Below are positions 1 through 10,006 of a DNA stretch of 64,000 nt, one piece after another (position 1 is the first letter of the stretch; every line of letters starts with the position of its first letter). This stretch comes from a virus. The stretch lies in UHGV virus genome UHGV-1455077. One strand, 5' to 3'. A program made the position numbers and the translations under genes. Below the pieces are notes generated by a model. The model was given only the letters and a program-made list of their open reading frames with translations, searched no databases and was not told where the DNA came from.

Positions 1-2
1 AA

Positions 3-515
3 AATTATAAAGGGCCAAAAAGAATTTTATCTGGACACTTTCATTTACGGCAAGAAAAAAATAATATTACATATATTGGTAATTGTTTTTCACACGATTT
101 TTCTGATGTTAATGATTGGCATAATAAAGGATTTGCAATATTAGATACAAATAAAAATGAATTAGAGTATTTTGAATGGGAAAATGCTCCAAAATATTGT
201 ACAACCTCAATTAGTAAACTAAATTCTATTGAATTTAGTAATAATATGTATTTAAAATTGATTAATGATGTGCAAATGAAACAAATGGAAGTTAATCAAT
301 TAAAAGAAGAATTAGAAAATTTGCCTAACATTGTTGATTGTTTCATTTATCCAAATGAGTTAGAGTTAGCAAAATCAATCGTTGAAGATGAATCATTGGA
401 ACATATTTCTAACATTGAAGATTTAATTGTTTCATTGCTAAATGAATTGACAATGGAAAATATTAATAATTCAAAATTAATTGAAATATATAAGAATTTA
501 GAAATAAATTCTTGA
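3..515 (+). CDS. SbcD/Mre11-like nuclease (T4 gp47-like), C-terminal part; the ORF runs off the window start
   Basis: Frame 3 is open from nt 3 into listed ORF 246..515. The translation contains SGHFH (phosphoesterase motif V, GHxH) then ITYIGNCFSHDFSD, resembling the SbcD C-terminal region. Confidence 0.45.
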   Translation, partial: NYKGPKRILSGHFHLRQEKNNITYIGNCFSHDFSDVNDWHNKGFAILDTNKNELEYFEWENAPKYCTTSISKLNSIEFSNNMYLKLINDVQMKQMEVNQLKEELENLPNIVDCFIYPNELELAKSIVEDESLEHISNIEDLIVSLLNELTMENINNSKLIEIYKNLEINS

Positions 516-540
516 CATTGATAGTAATAGCTTTTATAGA
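512..540 (+). promoter_or_regulatory. sigma70-like promoter TTGACA-N17-TATAGA
   Basis: TTGACA 512-517, 17-nt spacer, TATAGA 535-540, upstream of ORF 578. Confidence 0.4.
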
Positions 541-577
541 ATGTGTTAATAATTATTTTAAGGATTAAAAAAGATTT

Positions 578-1102
578 ATGTATATTAATAAAAAGGATTA
601 TACGGGAGAATCCGCAAGAATGGGGCAAACTGCCGAAGATTTGTTTGAAAATTGGCTTAAAGAACACCAACGAAAGTATCGTAAAGCAACATTATCTGAA
701 CAATATAAACATATTGATTTTATCATTAATAGTGAAAAGCTCAATAAAGATATTAAAATAGATGTAAAGGCTTCCAAAAAAGTTAATAGAAATGATACAT
801 CAACAAATAATGATATATTATGGGTTGAATTTAAAAATGTTCAAGGAAAAAATGGTTGGCTATATGGAGAAAATGATTATATAGCTTTTCATAAATCAGA
901 TGAAAATTGTTTTTATTTAGTAGAAACACAAGAATTAGCAAAGGTTTGTGAAAATATTTGCAATCAAGGAATTGCATTATATTCTAAAGATGCATTATAT
1001 CATAGATATACACGAAAAGGCAGAAAAGATGAATTATCAATGATATATTTTGATGATTTGAAAAAATGTAATTATACAATTATAAAATTAGGAGAAAATT
1101 AA
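578..1102 (+). CDS. hypothetical protein, possible PD-(D/E)xK-type nuclease
   Basis: HIDFII ... ILWVEFK gives a D...ExK spacing like the restriction-endonuclease fold. Stop overlaps the start of the next gene. Confidence 0.3.
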   Translation: MYINKKDYTGESARMGQTAEDLFENWLKEHQRKYRKATLSEQYKHIDFIINSEKLNKDIKIDVKASKKVNRNDTSTNNDILWVEFKNVQGKNGWLYGENDYIAFHKSDENCFYLVETQELAKVCENICNQGIALYSKDALYHRYTRKGRKDELSMIYFDDLKKCNYTIIKLGEN

Positions 1103-2238
1103 TGACTCAAATAAGAGATAGTGTGGAATTGGATTTTTGTGATGTATTGTTTAGACCTAAACGAACAACATTAAATTCACGTAGTGAAGCGGATATAATT
1201 AGAGAATATAAATTTAAATACTATCCAAAAACAATTAAATCTTGTGGAATTATGGCGGCAAATATGGCAACCACAGGAACTTTTAAAATGAATGATGTTT
1301 TGCAAAAATATAAAGCATTTACTTGTTTGCATAAACATTACAAAGAAACAGAATTGCGTTCATATATGGCAACTAATTATATGGATGATGATTCAGAATA
1401 TAATTCTTTTACTTTTATTTCTACTGGATTAAAAGATGATAAAGAAAAGGTGTTTAGTTATTTAGAATCTGGAACACAAATTGATAAAATTTGTATTGAT
1501 ATTGCTAATGGTTATATACCAAAATTAATTGAATTTGTTCGTGAAGTTAGAAATAAATTTCCAAGTTCATTAATTATGGTTGGTAATGTTGTTACTGGTG
1601 ATATGACACAAGATTTAATTCTTAATGGTGCAGATATTGTTAAAGTTGGAATTGGGCCTGGTTCAGTTTGTACCACACGTAAATTAACAGGTGTTGGAAG
1701 ACCGCAGTTATCTGCAATTTTAGAATGTGCTGATGCCGCACACGGTGTAGGTGGATTAATTTGTGCTGACGGTGGTTGTACTTGTGCTGGTGATGTTGCA
1801 AAAGCATTTGGTGCTGGTGCAGATTTTGTAATGATTGGTGGAATGTTTGCAGGTACAGATGAATCTGCTGGAGAATTAATTACTAAATGTTATAAATCTA
1901 ATGAAATACTTCCATCAGGTTATGATGAATATGATGAACCTATTTTTGATGAACCAAGATATAAATTTGAAATTAAACAATTTAAACAATTTTATGGTAT
2001 GTCATCTCAATTAGCACAAGAAAAACATTGGGGTGGAATGGCAAAATACAGAGCTTCTGAAGGTAAAGTTGTTGAAGTTCCGTATAAAGGTTCAGTTGAA
2101 AATGTTATTCAGGAAATTCAAGGCGGCTTGAGAAGTACAATGTCTTATATTGGAGCTAAAAGATTAAAAGACATTCCGAAGTGTACTACTTTTTACCGAG
2201 TAAGCAGACAATTGAATGAAGTATTTGGAAAAAGTTAG
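1102..2238 (+). CDS. guaC: GMP reductase
   Basis: Near-colinear with E. coli GuaC: LFRPKRTTLNSRSEADI, ANGY, GNVVTGDM, GADIVKVGIGPGSVCTTR (active-site Cys loop), ECADAAHG, DGGC...GDVAKAFGAGADFVMIGG, YGMSS, YRASEGK. No CBS domains, so GMPR rather than IMPDH. About 30 aa inserted (SNEILPSGYDEYDEPIFDEPRYKFEIKQFKQ). Confidence 0.85.
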   Translation: MTQIRDSVELDFCDVLFRPKRTTLNSRSEADIIREYKFKYYPKTIKSCGIMAANMATTGTFKMNDVLQKYKAFTCLHKHYKETELRSYMATNYMDDDSEYNSFTFISTGLKDDKEKVFSYLESGTQIDKICIDIANGYIPKLIEFVREVRNKFPSSLIMVGNVVTGDMTQDLILNGADIVKVGIGPGSVCTTRKLTGVGRPQLSAILECADAAHGVGGLICADGGCTCAGDVAKAFGAGADFVMIGGMFAGTDESAGELITKCYKSNEILPSGYDEYDEPIFDEPRYKFEIKQFKQFYGMSSQLAQEKHWGGMAKYRASEGKVVEVPYKGSVENVIQEIQGGLRSTMSYIGAKRLKDIPKCTTFYRVSRQLNEVFGKS

Positions 2239-2248
2239 GAGATGAAAA

Positions 2249-2521
2249 ATGGAACAAATAATTAATATGGTTAAAGAACTTCTTAATAGTGAAATAAAAG
2301 AAGAATTTAAAAATCCATATATTGTAATGCTTATAAATTCCAAAACTCAACAATTAATACATTTGGTATGTTTTGAATCTCAACCACGTACACAAGATAT
2401 ATTATTTCTAGGTGCAGAATTAGCAACTGATAAAGAATTAAATGTTGATTTATCATTAATTGATGACATATATATTGTACAGTATGATGAATTATTAAAA
2501 GAATGGGAAAAATATAATTAA
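2249..2521 (+). CDS. hypothetical protein
   Basis: ORF with RBS-like GGAGATGAAAAATGG upstream; no recognisable motif. Confidence 0.4.
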   Translation: MEQIINMVKELLNSEIKEEFKNPYIVMLINSKTQQLIHLVCFESQPRTQDILFLGAELATDKELNVDLSLIDDIYIVQYDELLKEWEKYN

Positions 2522-2602
2522 TAAAGTTTAAAATTTAAGATTTATATAATGATTTTTTAACAGATTTTAATTATAATATAGAAAATATAAGAGGTATAAC
2601 AT

Positions 2603-4723
2603 ATGAATTTAGAATTTAAATCTATTATTTTAAGAAATTTTTTATCATTTGGAAATGTTGAAGAAACAATTCCTTTAAATAAAGAATTATACCAAGTTAT
2701 TGTTGGTATGAATAGAGATAAATCTGATTCATCAACAGACCGTAATGGTGTTGGTAAATCTACCATTTTTGAAGCATTGCATTATGCGATGTTTGGAAAA
2801 TCAATTGGTAATAAAATTACTTTAGGTGATTTAATTAACAATATTAATAAAAAAAATATGGTTGTTACTCTTGTATTTGAAAAAAATGGAATAGAATATA
2901 CTATTCAAAGAGGTCGTTCGCCAAATTTTTTAAAATTTTTTAAAAATGGTGACCAAGTTGTTTCAGATGAATCTCAAGGAGATTCAAGGGAAACGCAAAA
3001 AGAAATAGAAAAAGTTTTAGGAATGAATGAAGATATTTACAATCAAATTGTATGTTTATCTTGTAAAGTTCCTATCTTTACTGACCAAACAACTGCTAAT
3101 CAAAAGAATATTATCGAGCATATTTTAGGAATTAATATTATTTCTGAAAAGATTGAGTGTTTAAAGGCTCTTATTAAAGAAACAAAAAATTCACTTAATA
3201 ATGAACAGTTTAAATATAATACTATTAAAACTCAAAATGATAGTTTGTTAATGTCAATTAATAAGCAAATTTCAGATATGAATGTTGCAAAAGAAAAATG
3301 GGAATTAGGAATTTCACAACAAATTAAAATTGCTGAAGAACAAATTTTTCAAATGAAAAAGATTGATATTGATGAAGAACTTAAAAACTTTCAGTTGCTT
3401 GAAAATTATTTAAAGCAAGAGGGGGTGAACCAACAAAATCAGCAACTGAAAGATTCTTTAAATAAGCAAATTTCTGAAAAAGAAATTTTTATAAAAAATT
3501 ATCAAATTAGAATTAATGATTTGCTAAAATATGATTTTGTAACTGAAAAACAAAATATTTTGCATAATGAAATTGAAAATGCAGAACAGATAAAATATAG
3601 TATTGAAGAAAATCAATATAAAACAAGAAAGACATTTAAAGAGCAAAATCTTGATTATAATTTTCATAGAATTGCTAAAGAAATTGAAAAAAAAGAAACG
3701 GAGTTAGCAAATATTAAAGAAGATATTTGTCCAACTTGCGGGCATCCAATGTCTGTTGAAGCTGTTAATAAATTAAGAGAAGAAAAGAAAGATGAACTGG
3801 ATAAATTAAGAAATGAATATCATAAAATTGATATGGAGATTTTAGAAACAAATCATTTTTTAAATTCGTTTGTTCCAAGAACTTTTGAATTTAAACCAGT
3901 ATCTTTTAATAATATGAATAGCTTATTAGAAAAAGAAAACGAATTAAATCAATTAAAAATTAAATTGGAAGAAACTGCAAAAGAATATACTGAATTAAAA
4001 GAGCAAGAGAAAAAAATTGTTATTGTTGATTTAGGAATTAAGCCTGTTACTCATTATTCTAATATTCAAGAAGCGTTACAGCATCAGGCAAAATTAGAAT
4101 CATTGAATGTTACAATTAATAGTTTAAAAAATCAATTATTAACAAATCCATTTGAACAACAAGAAAAATCAATTGAAGAATTAAAAAATAATTTACAAGT
4201 ATTAGATGATACTAATTTAAAAAATATTCAAGATGATTTAATGCATCAAGAAGTATTGCTTAAATTATTAAACAGTCCATCATCATTTATTAGAACCACA
4301 ATTTTAGAAAAGTCTTTGGAATTTTTAAATTCTAAAATTATGCAATATCTTGAACAACTCGGTTCTTTACACGTTATTTCTTTTAATAGTGATATGTCAA
4401 TTACAATTGAATATATGGGTATTAAATATGGTTATGTATCAACTGGAGAAATGGGCAGAATAACATTAGCTTTAACATTGGCTTTTAGAGATGTTTGGGA
4501 AACTTTAAATAATTGCAAAATTAATTTATTTGCAATGGATGAAGTGATTGACCGTATAGGTTTAGATACATCTGGAGTTGAGATGACTGTTAATGCTTTA
4601 CAGCGTAAAAATGATAAAAATATTATGTTAGTAACGCATAATGATACTTTAATTAATCAAGCTCCTAAATTGTTAACATTAATTAAAGAAAATGGATTTA
4701 CAGAAATTATTGGAAATGAGTAA
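2603..4723 (+). CDS. SbcC/Rad50-like recombination ATPase (T4 gp46-like)
   Basis: N-terminal Walker A NGVGKST, long heptad coiled coils, central zinc hook ICPTCGHP, C-terminal signature STGEMGR, Walker B LFAMDEV, H-loop LVTHN. Confidence 0.75.
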   Translation: MNLEFKSIILRNFLSFGNVEETIPLNKELYQVIVGMNRDKSDSSTDRNGVGKSTIFEALHYAMFGKSIGNKITLGDLINNINKKNMVVTLVFEKNGIEYTIQRGRSPNFLKFFKNGDQVVSDESQGDSRETQKEIEKVLGMNEDIYNQIVCLSCKVPIFTDQTTANQKNIIEHILGINIISEKIECLKALIKETKNSLNNEQFKYNTIKTQNDSLLMSINKQISDMNVAKEKWELGISQQIKIAEEQIFQMKKIDIDEELKNFQLLENYLKQEGVNQQNQQLKDSLNKQISEKEIFIKNYQIRINDLLKYDFVTEKQNILHNEIENAEQIKYSIEENQYKTRKTFKEQNLDYNFHRIAKEIEKKETELANIKEDICPTCGHPMSVEAVNKLREEKKDELDKLRNEYHKIDMEILETNHFLNSFVPRTFEFKPVSFNNMNSLLEKENELNQLKIKLEETAKEYTELKEQEKKIVIVDLGIKPVTHYSNIQEALQHQAKLESLNVTINSLKNQLLTNPFEQQEKSIEELKNNLQVLDDTNLKNIQDDLMHQEVLLKLLNSPSSFIRTTILEKSLEFLNSKIMQYLEQLGSLHVISFNSDMSITIEYMGIKYGYVSTGEMGRITLALTLAFRDVWETLNNCKINLFAMDEVIDRIGLDTSGVEMTVNALQRKNDKNIMLVTHNDTLINQAPKLLTLIKENGFTEIIGNE

Positions 4724-5465
4724 TATTGAATTAATAAATGATAATTGTTTATCTATTTTAGATGACTTTATTTTAAAAAATCGTAGGGTTGATTGTATTA
4801 TTACATCTCCACCTTACAATATGAATTTAAGAATTATGAAAGGAAAATATATTTCTCGGTGTAATAATAAAAACCATAAAATAGAATTTTCGACAAAGTA
4901 TGAAAATTATAATGATGACCTTTCAATGGAAGATTATTTTAATTTTCAAAAAGAATTTATTGAAAAGGCATTAAAAGTTTCTGATTTGATATTTTATAAT
5001 ATACAAATGATAACAGGTAATAAAATAGCATTATTTCAATTAATGGGTTATTTTGCTGATAAAATTAAAGAGATTATTATTTGGGATAAAGGTTATAGTC
5101 AGCCTGCAATGCAAGTTGGTATGTTAAATAGTCAATTTGAATTTATCATTGTATTTGATAATAATAAACCATATAATAGAGCATTTGATTGTGCAAAATT
5201 TACCAGAGGGACTGAATCAAATGTTTGGGAAATTAAACGTGAAAGAAATAAATTTATTAAAGCGGGTTTTCCAAAATCATTAATTGAAAAAATTTTAATA
5301 AATTTTACAAATGAAAATGATACAATTCTTGACCCTTTTATGGGAAGTGGAACTTGTGGTATTGTTTGCAAAGAAATGGATAGAAATTTTATTGGTATTG
5401 AATTAGATGAAAATTATTTTAATATCGCTAAGGAGAGAATTGAAAATATAAATAATGACAAATAG
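4692..5465 (+). CDS. DNA N6-adenine/N4-cytosine methyltransferase, beta-class
   Basis: Motif IV ITSPPY precedes motif I DPFMGSGT (order IV then I). Overlaps the upstream gene. Confidence 0.7.
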   Translation: MDLQKLLEMSNIELINDNCLSILDDFILKNRRVDCIITSPPYNMNLRIMKGKYISRCNNKNHKIEFSTKYENYNDDLSMEDYFNFQKEFIEKALKVSDLIFYNIQMITGNKIALFQLMGYFADKIKEIIIWDKGYSQPAMQVGMLNSQFEFIIVFDNNKPYNRAFDCAKFTRGTESNVWEIKRERNKFIKAGFPKSLIEKILINFTNENDTILDPFMGSGTCGIVCKEMDRNFIGIELDENYFNIAKERIENINNDK

Positions 5466-5474
5466 GATTTTGAT

Positions 5475-6125
5475 ATGAAAGTTTCAACATTATACTTAGC
5501 AGATATTTCTGAATATGATAATTTTATTGAAAAGCTATTCAATGAAATTAATAAAAAGTTTGTTGGAAAAAAAATAAATTCCATTTTGATTAGTCGTTTT
5601 ATTTCTTATTTAAGAAAAGAATTTTCGGCATATGCTTCAATTAAGTTAAATAAAAAAATTAATGTATTAGTATATATTCCAAGAATATCAACAAATGTTA
5701 TTGAATCAAATATATGTAATGATATTAATAAGATTAAAATTCGTATTAATTATGATAAATTAAATGAAATTTTAGAAGGTAAATGTGAGAATTTAGAAGA
5801 TTATATTAATGAATTAGTAAGTCAATTTAATGATTATGTTTTAGAAAAACCAACTTATAATTTTTCAAATTATTTAAGTTTACAAATTGATAATTTAGTT
5901 GATATATGTTATAATGAATTAATTTGTACATATCAGCCAATGATATTGTTTAATAAAATTATGAAAAATAAAGGATGGCTAACATTATCCAGAAAATCAT
6001 CTATATTTAATGATTATTATAAATTATTTCAACAAAATAAGATTGAAAATAAAAACATTTTTCATAAATTTTTATATAAATTAATTTTAAAAATTAAGGA
6101 AACATTAAATGAAATCACCAATTAA
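5475..6125 (+). CDS. hypothetical protein between two methyltransferase genes
   Basis: ORF translationally coupled on both sides; no recognisable motif. Confidence 0.45.
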   Translation: MKVSTLYLADISEYDNFIEKLFNEINKKFVGKKINSILISRFISYLRKEFSAYASIKLNKKINVLVYIPRISTNVIESNICNDINKIKIRINYDKLNEILEGKCENLEDYINELVSQFNDYVLEKPTYNFSNYLSLQIDNLVDICYNELICTYQPMILFNKIMKNKGWLTLSRKSSIFNDYYKLFQQNKIENKNIFHKFLYKLILKIKETLNEITN

Positions 6126-6885
6126 ATATTATGGGGGAAAATCATATATGACAAATATTATTATTAATCATTTTCCAAAAGAGTATGATATTTATGTAGA
6201 AGGTTTTGGTGGTGGAGCATCTGTTTTATTTCAAAAAGATAAAACAGCTCTTGAAGTTTATAATGATTTAGGAGAAAATGTTTATTCTTTATTTAAAGTT
6301 CTTTCAGATAAAGAAATGTTTCTTAAATTAAAAGAAAGAATGGACTTGGCAGTATATTCTGCACAATTACGAGAAGAATATAAAAAAGATTTAAAAACAA
6401 ATTTAAGTTTAGAAGATAGAGCTTATAAATTTTTATATGTAAATAGGTCATCTTTTAACGGTGTCGGTGGTTTTTCTACAACAATGATAGTTAGAAGAAA
6501 TATGAGTAAATCGACATCTGATTTTCTGGCAATGATTGATAAATTGCCAGAAATACATAATCGTTTATCTTCAGTTATCATTGAACATAGAGATATTTTT
6601 GATTTATTAGACAAATATAATAAAGAAAATGTGTTTATGTATTTAGACCCACCATATGTTAAAGAAACAAGATTATCAAATCAGTTGTATGAATGTGAGA
6701 TGACCGATGAACAGCATTTACAACTGTGTGAAAAGTTATTAACATTTAAAGGTAAAATATTATTATCAGGATATGATAATGAAATATATAAAATTTTAGA
6801 TTCTAAATTTAAAAAAGTATCTTTTGAAAGTCCAAATTCAGGCTCAACAGCCATTGAAACATTATGGATGAATTATGATTGTTGA
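6109..6885 (+). CDS. dam: Dam-family (alpha-class) DNA adenine methyltransferase
   Basis: N-terminal IKYYGGK, motif I EGFGGGASV, motif IV YLDPPYV. Confidence 0.8.
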   Translation: MKSPIKYYGGKSYMTNIIINHFPKEYDIYVEGFGGGASVLFQKDKTALEVYNDLGENVYSLFKVLSDKEMFLKLKERMDLAVYSAQLREEYKKDLKTNLSLEDRAYKFLYVNRSSFNGVGGFSTTMIVRRNMSKSTSDFLAMIDKLPEIHNRLSSVIIEHRDIFDLLDKYNKENVFMYLDPPYVKETRLSNQLYECEMTDEQHLQLCEKLLTFKGKILLSGYDNEIYKILDSKFKKVSFESPNSGSTAIETLWMNYDC

Positions 6886-6989
6886 ATTTAAATTTATTCT
6901 GGGTTTATTATTAATATGTTCATTTATGATGTTTTGTATATATAAATCAATTAATGATGACAAATGGAGACCTTAAGTAAAATAAATCC

Positions 6990-7018
6990 TTGACATTTAT
7001 TTGTTTAACGATTATATT
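6990..7018 (+). promoter_or_regulatory. sigma70-like promoter TTGACA-N17-TATATT
   Basis: TTGACA 6990-6995, TATATT 7013-7018; RBS AAGAGG upstream of ATG 7043. Confidence 0.45.
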
Positions 7019-7042
7019 AAAATAATAAAAAGAGGTTAAAAA

Positions 7043-7285
7043 ATGGATAAAGAAAAATTACTTGATTTTATTCAAAAATATAATATTGTTCCACAGAAGT
7101 ATTATATTTTTGAAGAAGGAAAATTAAAAGTTAAATATACACTTATGAATGGTTCTTATGAATGTGAAAGAATTATGGAACAAGTTCAAAAAGAATTTGA
7201 TGTTGATTTTTATACATTTGCATATGAAGCTTTTTGCTTGTTGAATATTAAATATTCACAAGAAAATGAATTTTTTATTGATTAA
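7043..7285 (+). CDS. hypothetical protein
   Basis: ORF with strong RBS, downstream of a promoter. Confidence 0.45.
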   Translation: MDKEKLLDFIQKYNIVPQKYYIFEEGKLKVKYTLMNGSYECERIMEQVQKEFDVDFYTFAYEAFCLLNIKYSQENEFFID

Positions 7286-7301
7286 AATTAGGAGAAAATA
7301 A

Positions 7302-7931
7302 ATGAAAGAAAATAAAAATGCATTCAATGATGACGTTACAACTATTGTTTTGCACGTTCCATTGTTGCTTGATGATATGCTAGAAGATGTACAGAATAAT
7401 GATGAATCAAAATGTCATTGTGGATGTTCTTGTTGCGTTGATAGTAATGAAGATGATGTTAATATAGATGACTTGATTGGTGATTTAACTTCTTTTGATG
7501 AATTGCTTAATTCACTTTTAAATGATGAACATAATAAGCCATCTGAAAAAAATGAAGAATATAAGCCATCTAAAAAAGAGAAAAAGATGCTGGTTGATTC
7601 TCCTGTTAATGTTACCAAAAATAATAAATGTTATGAAAGTAAAATTATTACGGCTTCTGAATTAAGGAAAAAACAAAAATCAAATACTAATATTAATAGA
7701 GCTATTGATGAAATTATTAAATGTATTGATACACAATTAGTATATGTTGCAGTACATACTAACGAAAATAAATTAGTTGTATGGCTTGATTCAATTAATT
7801 TTCCATCAGTATTTATGTTGACAAATAAAGAACTTAATGAAGTTATTGTTAAAGTTGTTGACCAGTTAAATAAAGTTGGATATGAAACTGAAATTGAAAA
7901 AGATAAGAAAATAATTACTATCAAATGGTAA
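7302..7931 (+). CDS. hypothetical protein with Cys cluster CHCGCSCC and an acidic region
   Basis: ORF with RBS AGGAGAAAATAAATG; Cys-rich N-terminal motif. Confidence 0.45.
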   Translation: MKENKNAFNDDVTTIVLHVPLLLDDMLEDVQNNDESKCHCGCSCCVDSNEDDVNIDDLIGDLTSFDELLNSLLNDEHNKPSEKNEEYKPSKKEKKMLVDSPVNVTKNNKCYESKIITASELRKKQKSNTNINRAIDEIIKCIDTQLVYVAVHTNENKLVVWLDSINFPSVFMLTNKELNEVIVKVVDQLNKVGYETEIEKDKKIITIKW

Positions 7932-7938
7932 AAAGTTC

Positions 7939-7981
7939 TTGACAATAAAAATAAATGCTCTATATTTTGTGTATAGAGCAT
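7939..7981 (+). promoter_or_regulatory. promoter TTGACA-N16-TATATT overlapping a hairpin terminator
   Basis: TTGACA 7939-7944, TATATT 7961-7966. Inverted repeat AAATGCTCTATA/TATAGAGCATTT at 7951-7981 followed by a T run. Confidence 0.45.
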
Positions 7982-8008
7982 TTTTTATTACTGAAAGGAA
8001 TTTATTAA

Positions 8009-8706
8009 TGGCTGAAATTGAAATTGCTCAATTGATTACAAAGAAAAAAGGGAGAGAGTTAATAAAAACAATACCTCTTGAGAAATTGGATGTACTGGCA
8101 ACAAGGTCTTTAAATTCATTGTCTTCAAGTAAAAATGATAAACGGCATTTAGTATCTATTATGAACAATAGTATGATTGTAAATGTTATGACACAAATTT
8201 CATTACTTTCACTTTTTAATGATACTTGCCCAGAATGTGGTAGAACATTTACACATTATGCATTAATTGATTCATTATCAAAAATTAACGATAAACCAAT
8301 TTATATTTTACTTCCGTGCGTTTCTGATAATGATAATTTTAAGTTTTTTAATAAAGACCATATTATTCCTCGTTCGTGTAATGGCTCTAATACAATGAAT
8401 AATTTGCAATTTATGTGTTTTGATTGTAATAGAAAAAAAAGCTCTATTGTAACATCAAATGAATTAAAATATGGTTGTTATCGGCAAGGAATTTTTAAAA
8501 CAATTATGGATAATAATATTAAGAAAATTAAAATTAAGCAAACAAATACAAAGAGTTCACAAATAATTAACATAACAGAAATTGAACAAGTTAAAGGCGG
8601 ATTGTTTTATTTAATGAGTCCAAATTTTAATACTTATTTTGATTCAAATGGGATTAGTATTGATAAAAAATTTATGATAAGAGGAATATCAAATAATGAA
8701 TACTAA
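8009..8706 (+). CDS. HNH endonuclease (free-standing, homing-like)
   Basis: CPECGR ... DHIIPRSCNGSNTMNNLQFMCFDCNRKK (HNH His/Asn and Cys pairs). Start moved to MAEIEIAQ because the listed upstream part coincides with the promoter. Confidence 0.6.
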
Positions 8707-8980
8707 AATAAAATTTAAGAAATCAGGTATAATTATAAGTGTTCCAACATTTATAGATAAAGATAATGTTTTAAGATTTGAGAAATCATTTAATCCTAAG
8801 CCGTGGAATGAAAGAGAATGGAATGATTTATATCTTCAATGGTTAAGAGGAGAAATTTCCGATGAAGAATATATCATTGCAAGTATTGTTGACGGTGTAT
8901 CTGTTAATTTTATTGATGAAACATTTGGTTGGGAAGGGAATTTAGATATTATTGAAATATTGGGAGATAAAGATGAGTGA
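8696..8980 (+). CDS. hypothetical protein
   Basis: ORF overlapping its neighbours (coupled). Confidence 0.4.
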   Translation: MNTKIKFKKSGIIISVPTFIDKDNVLRFEKSFNPKPWNEREWNDLYLQWLRGEISDEEYIIASIVDGVSVNFIDETFGWEGNLDIIEILGDKDE

Positions 8981-9980
8981 TGAATTAGCAGTATTTTCGG
9001 CATTAAAACATCCATTAAAAATTGGAACGAAGTTGGATATTAATAAAAATATGCAACAAACAATAGAAATTGTGGATTGTAAATGGAATGAACAAGAAAA
9101 TATGTATGTTTATAAATGTTTAGTATTATCAGGAAAAAATAATAATACATATAAAACTTTATATTCTACTTCACCACATTATATTAGAAATTATAAAAAT
9201 TTAACAACTGAAATTGAGGAAAAAACGATGATTCAATATACTGTAAAAAGTGATGATATGCCTGCAATAACTAATGATTGCCCTGTATATAATGAAATTG
9301 AAAAAACACCAGAAGATTTTCTGGTAGACATTTATAATAGTTATTTGGAAAGTAATCATTTTAATAAAATGTATGCTAAATTAGAAGATTTGCAACATAT
9401 TTTATATATTGATAAAAATAAAAATTGTATTTTATCTTATGAAGCAAAATTATTTAAATATGATATGACTGTTACATATGGAGAATTTGGAAAAAGTTTA
9501 TGTTATATTCCACGTCAAGATAATTTAATTTTGAAAGATAAATTTATTTGTTATGCATATAAAGATTTTCTAAAAATTATTCAAGAACATTTTTATGAAT
9601 ATAATATGTATGATGAATATAAATTTATATTGGAAAATGATAAACATAAAAATCTTAAAATTGGCGATGAAGTTTATGTAATTCCTTTAGATTGGAAATA
9701 TGGCGTTTATCGTTTGGAAGAATTAACAGATAATTTGGAATTACAAGTAAAAAAATTAATTTATAAAAATGATTTAGAAAAACATTTAAAAAAATATCTT
9801 ATTTCTGAAATTAGTATATATAATAATATATTATGTTTTGGAGTGCAGAATAATACAGAAAATTTCAAAGTACCTTCAAATCTTATATATAGTGTTAATG
9901 AATTTACTGATAATAAAGATATTATTCTTGAAAAAATAATTAATGATGTAATTAAAAATAATCTTAAAAACTCAAAATAA
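8952..9980 (+). CDS. hypothetical protein
   Basis: Long ORF; no recognisable motif. Confidence 0.45.
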   Translation: MKYWEIKMSDELAVFSALKHPLKIGTKLDINKNMQQTIEIVDCKWNEQENMYVYKCLVLSGKNNNTYKTLYSTSPHYIRNYKNLTTEIEEKTMIQYTVKSDDMPAITNDCPVYNEIEKTPEDFLVDIYNSYLESNHFNKMYAKLEDLQHILYIDKNKNCILSYEAKLFKYDMTVTYGEFGKSLCYIPRQDNLILKDKFICYAYKDFLKIIQEHFYEYNMYDEYKFILENDKHKNLKIGDEVYVIPLDWKYGVYRLEELTDNLELQVKKLIYKNDLEKHLKKYLISEISIYNNILCFGVQNNTENFKVPSNLIYSVNEFTDNKDIILEKIINDVIKNNLKNSK

Positions 9981-10006
9981 TAATTAATATTTATGGAGAA
10001 AAATTT

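Noticed and set aside
2603-4723. Considered the SMC-like ATPase next to two methyltransferases as part of an unknown defence system (BREX-, Wadjet- or Lamassu-like).
   Set aside because: The window begins inside a matching SbcD/Mre11-like nuclease gene (GHFH motif) 2 kb upstream, and the ATPase has the Rad50/gp46 zinc hook. A phage recombination nuclease pair is the simpler reading.
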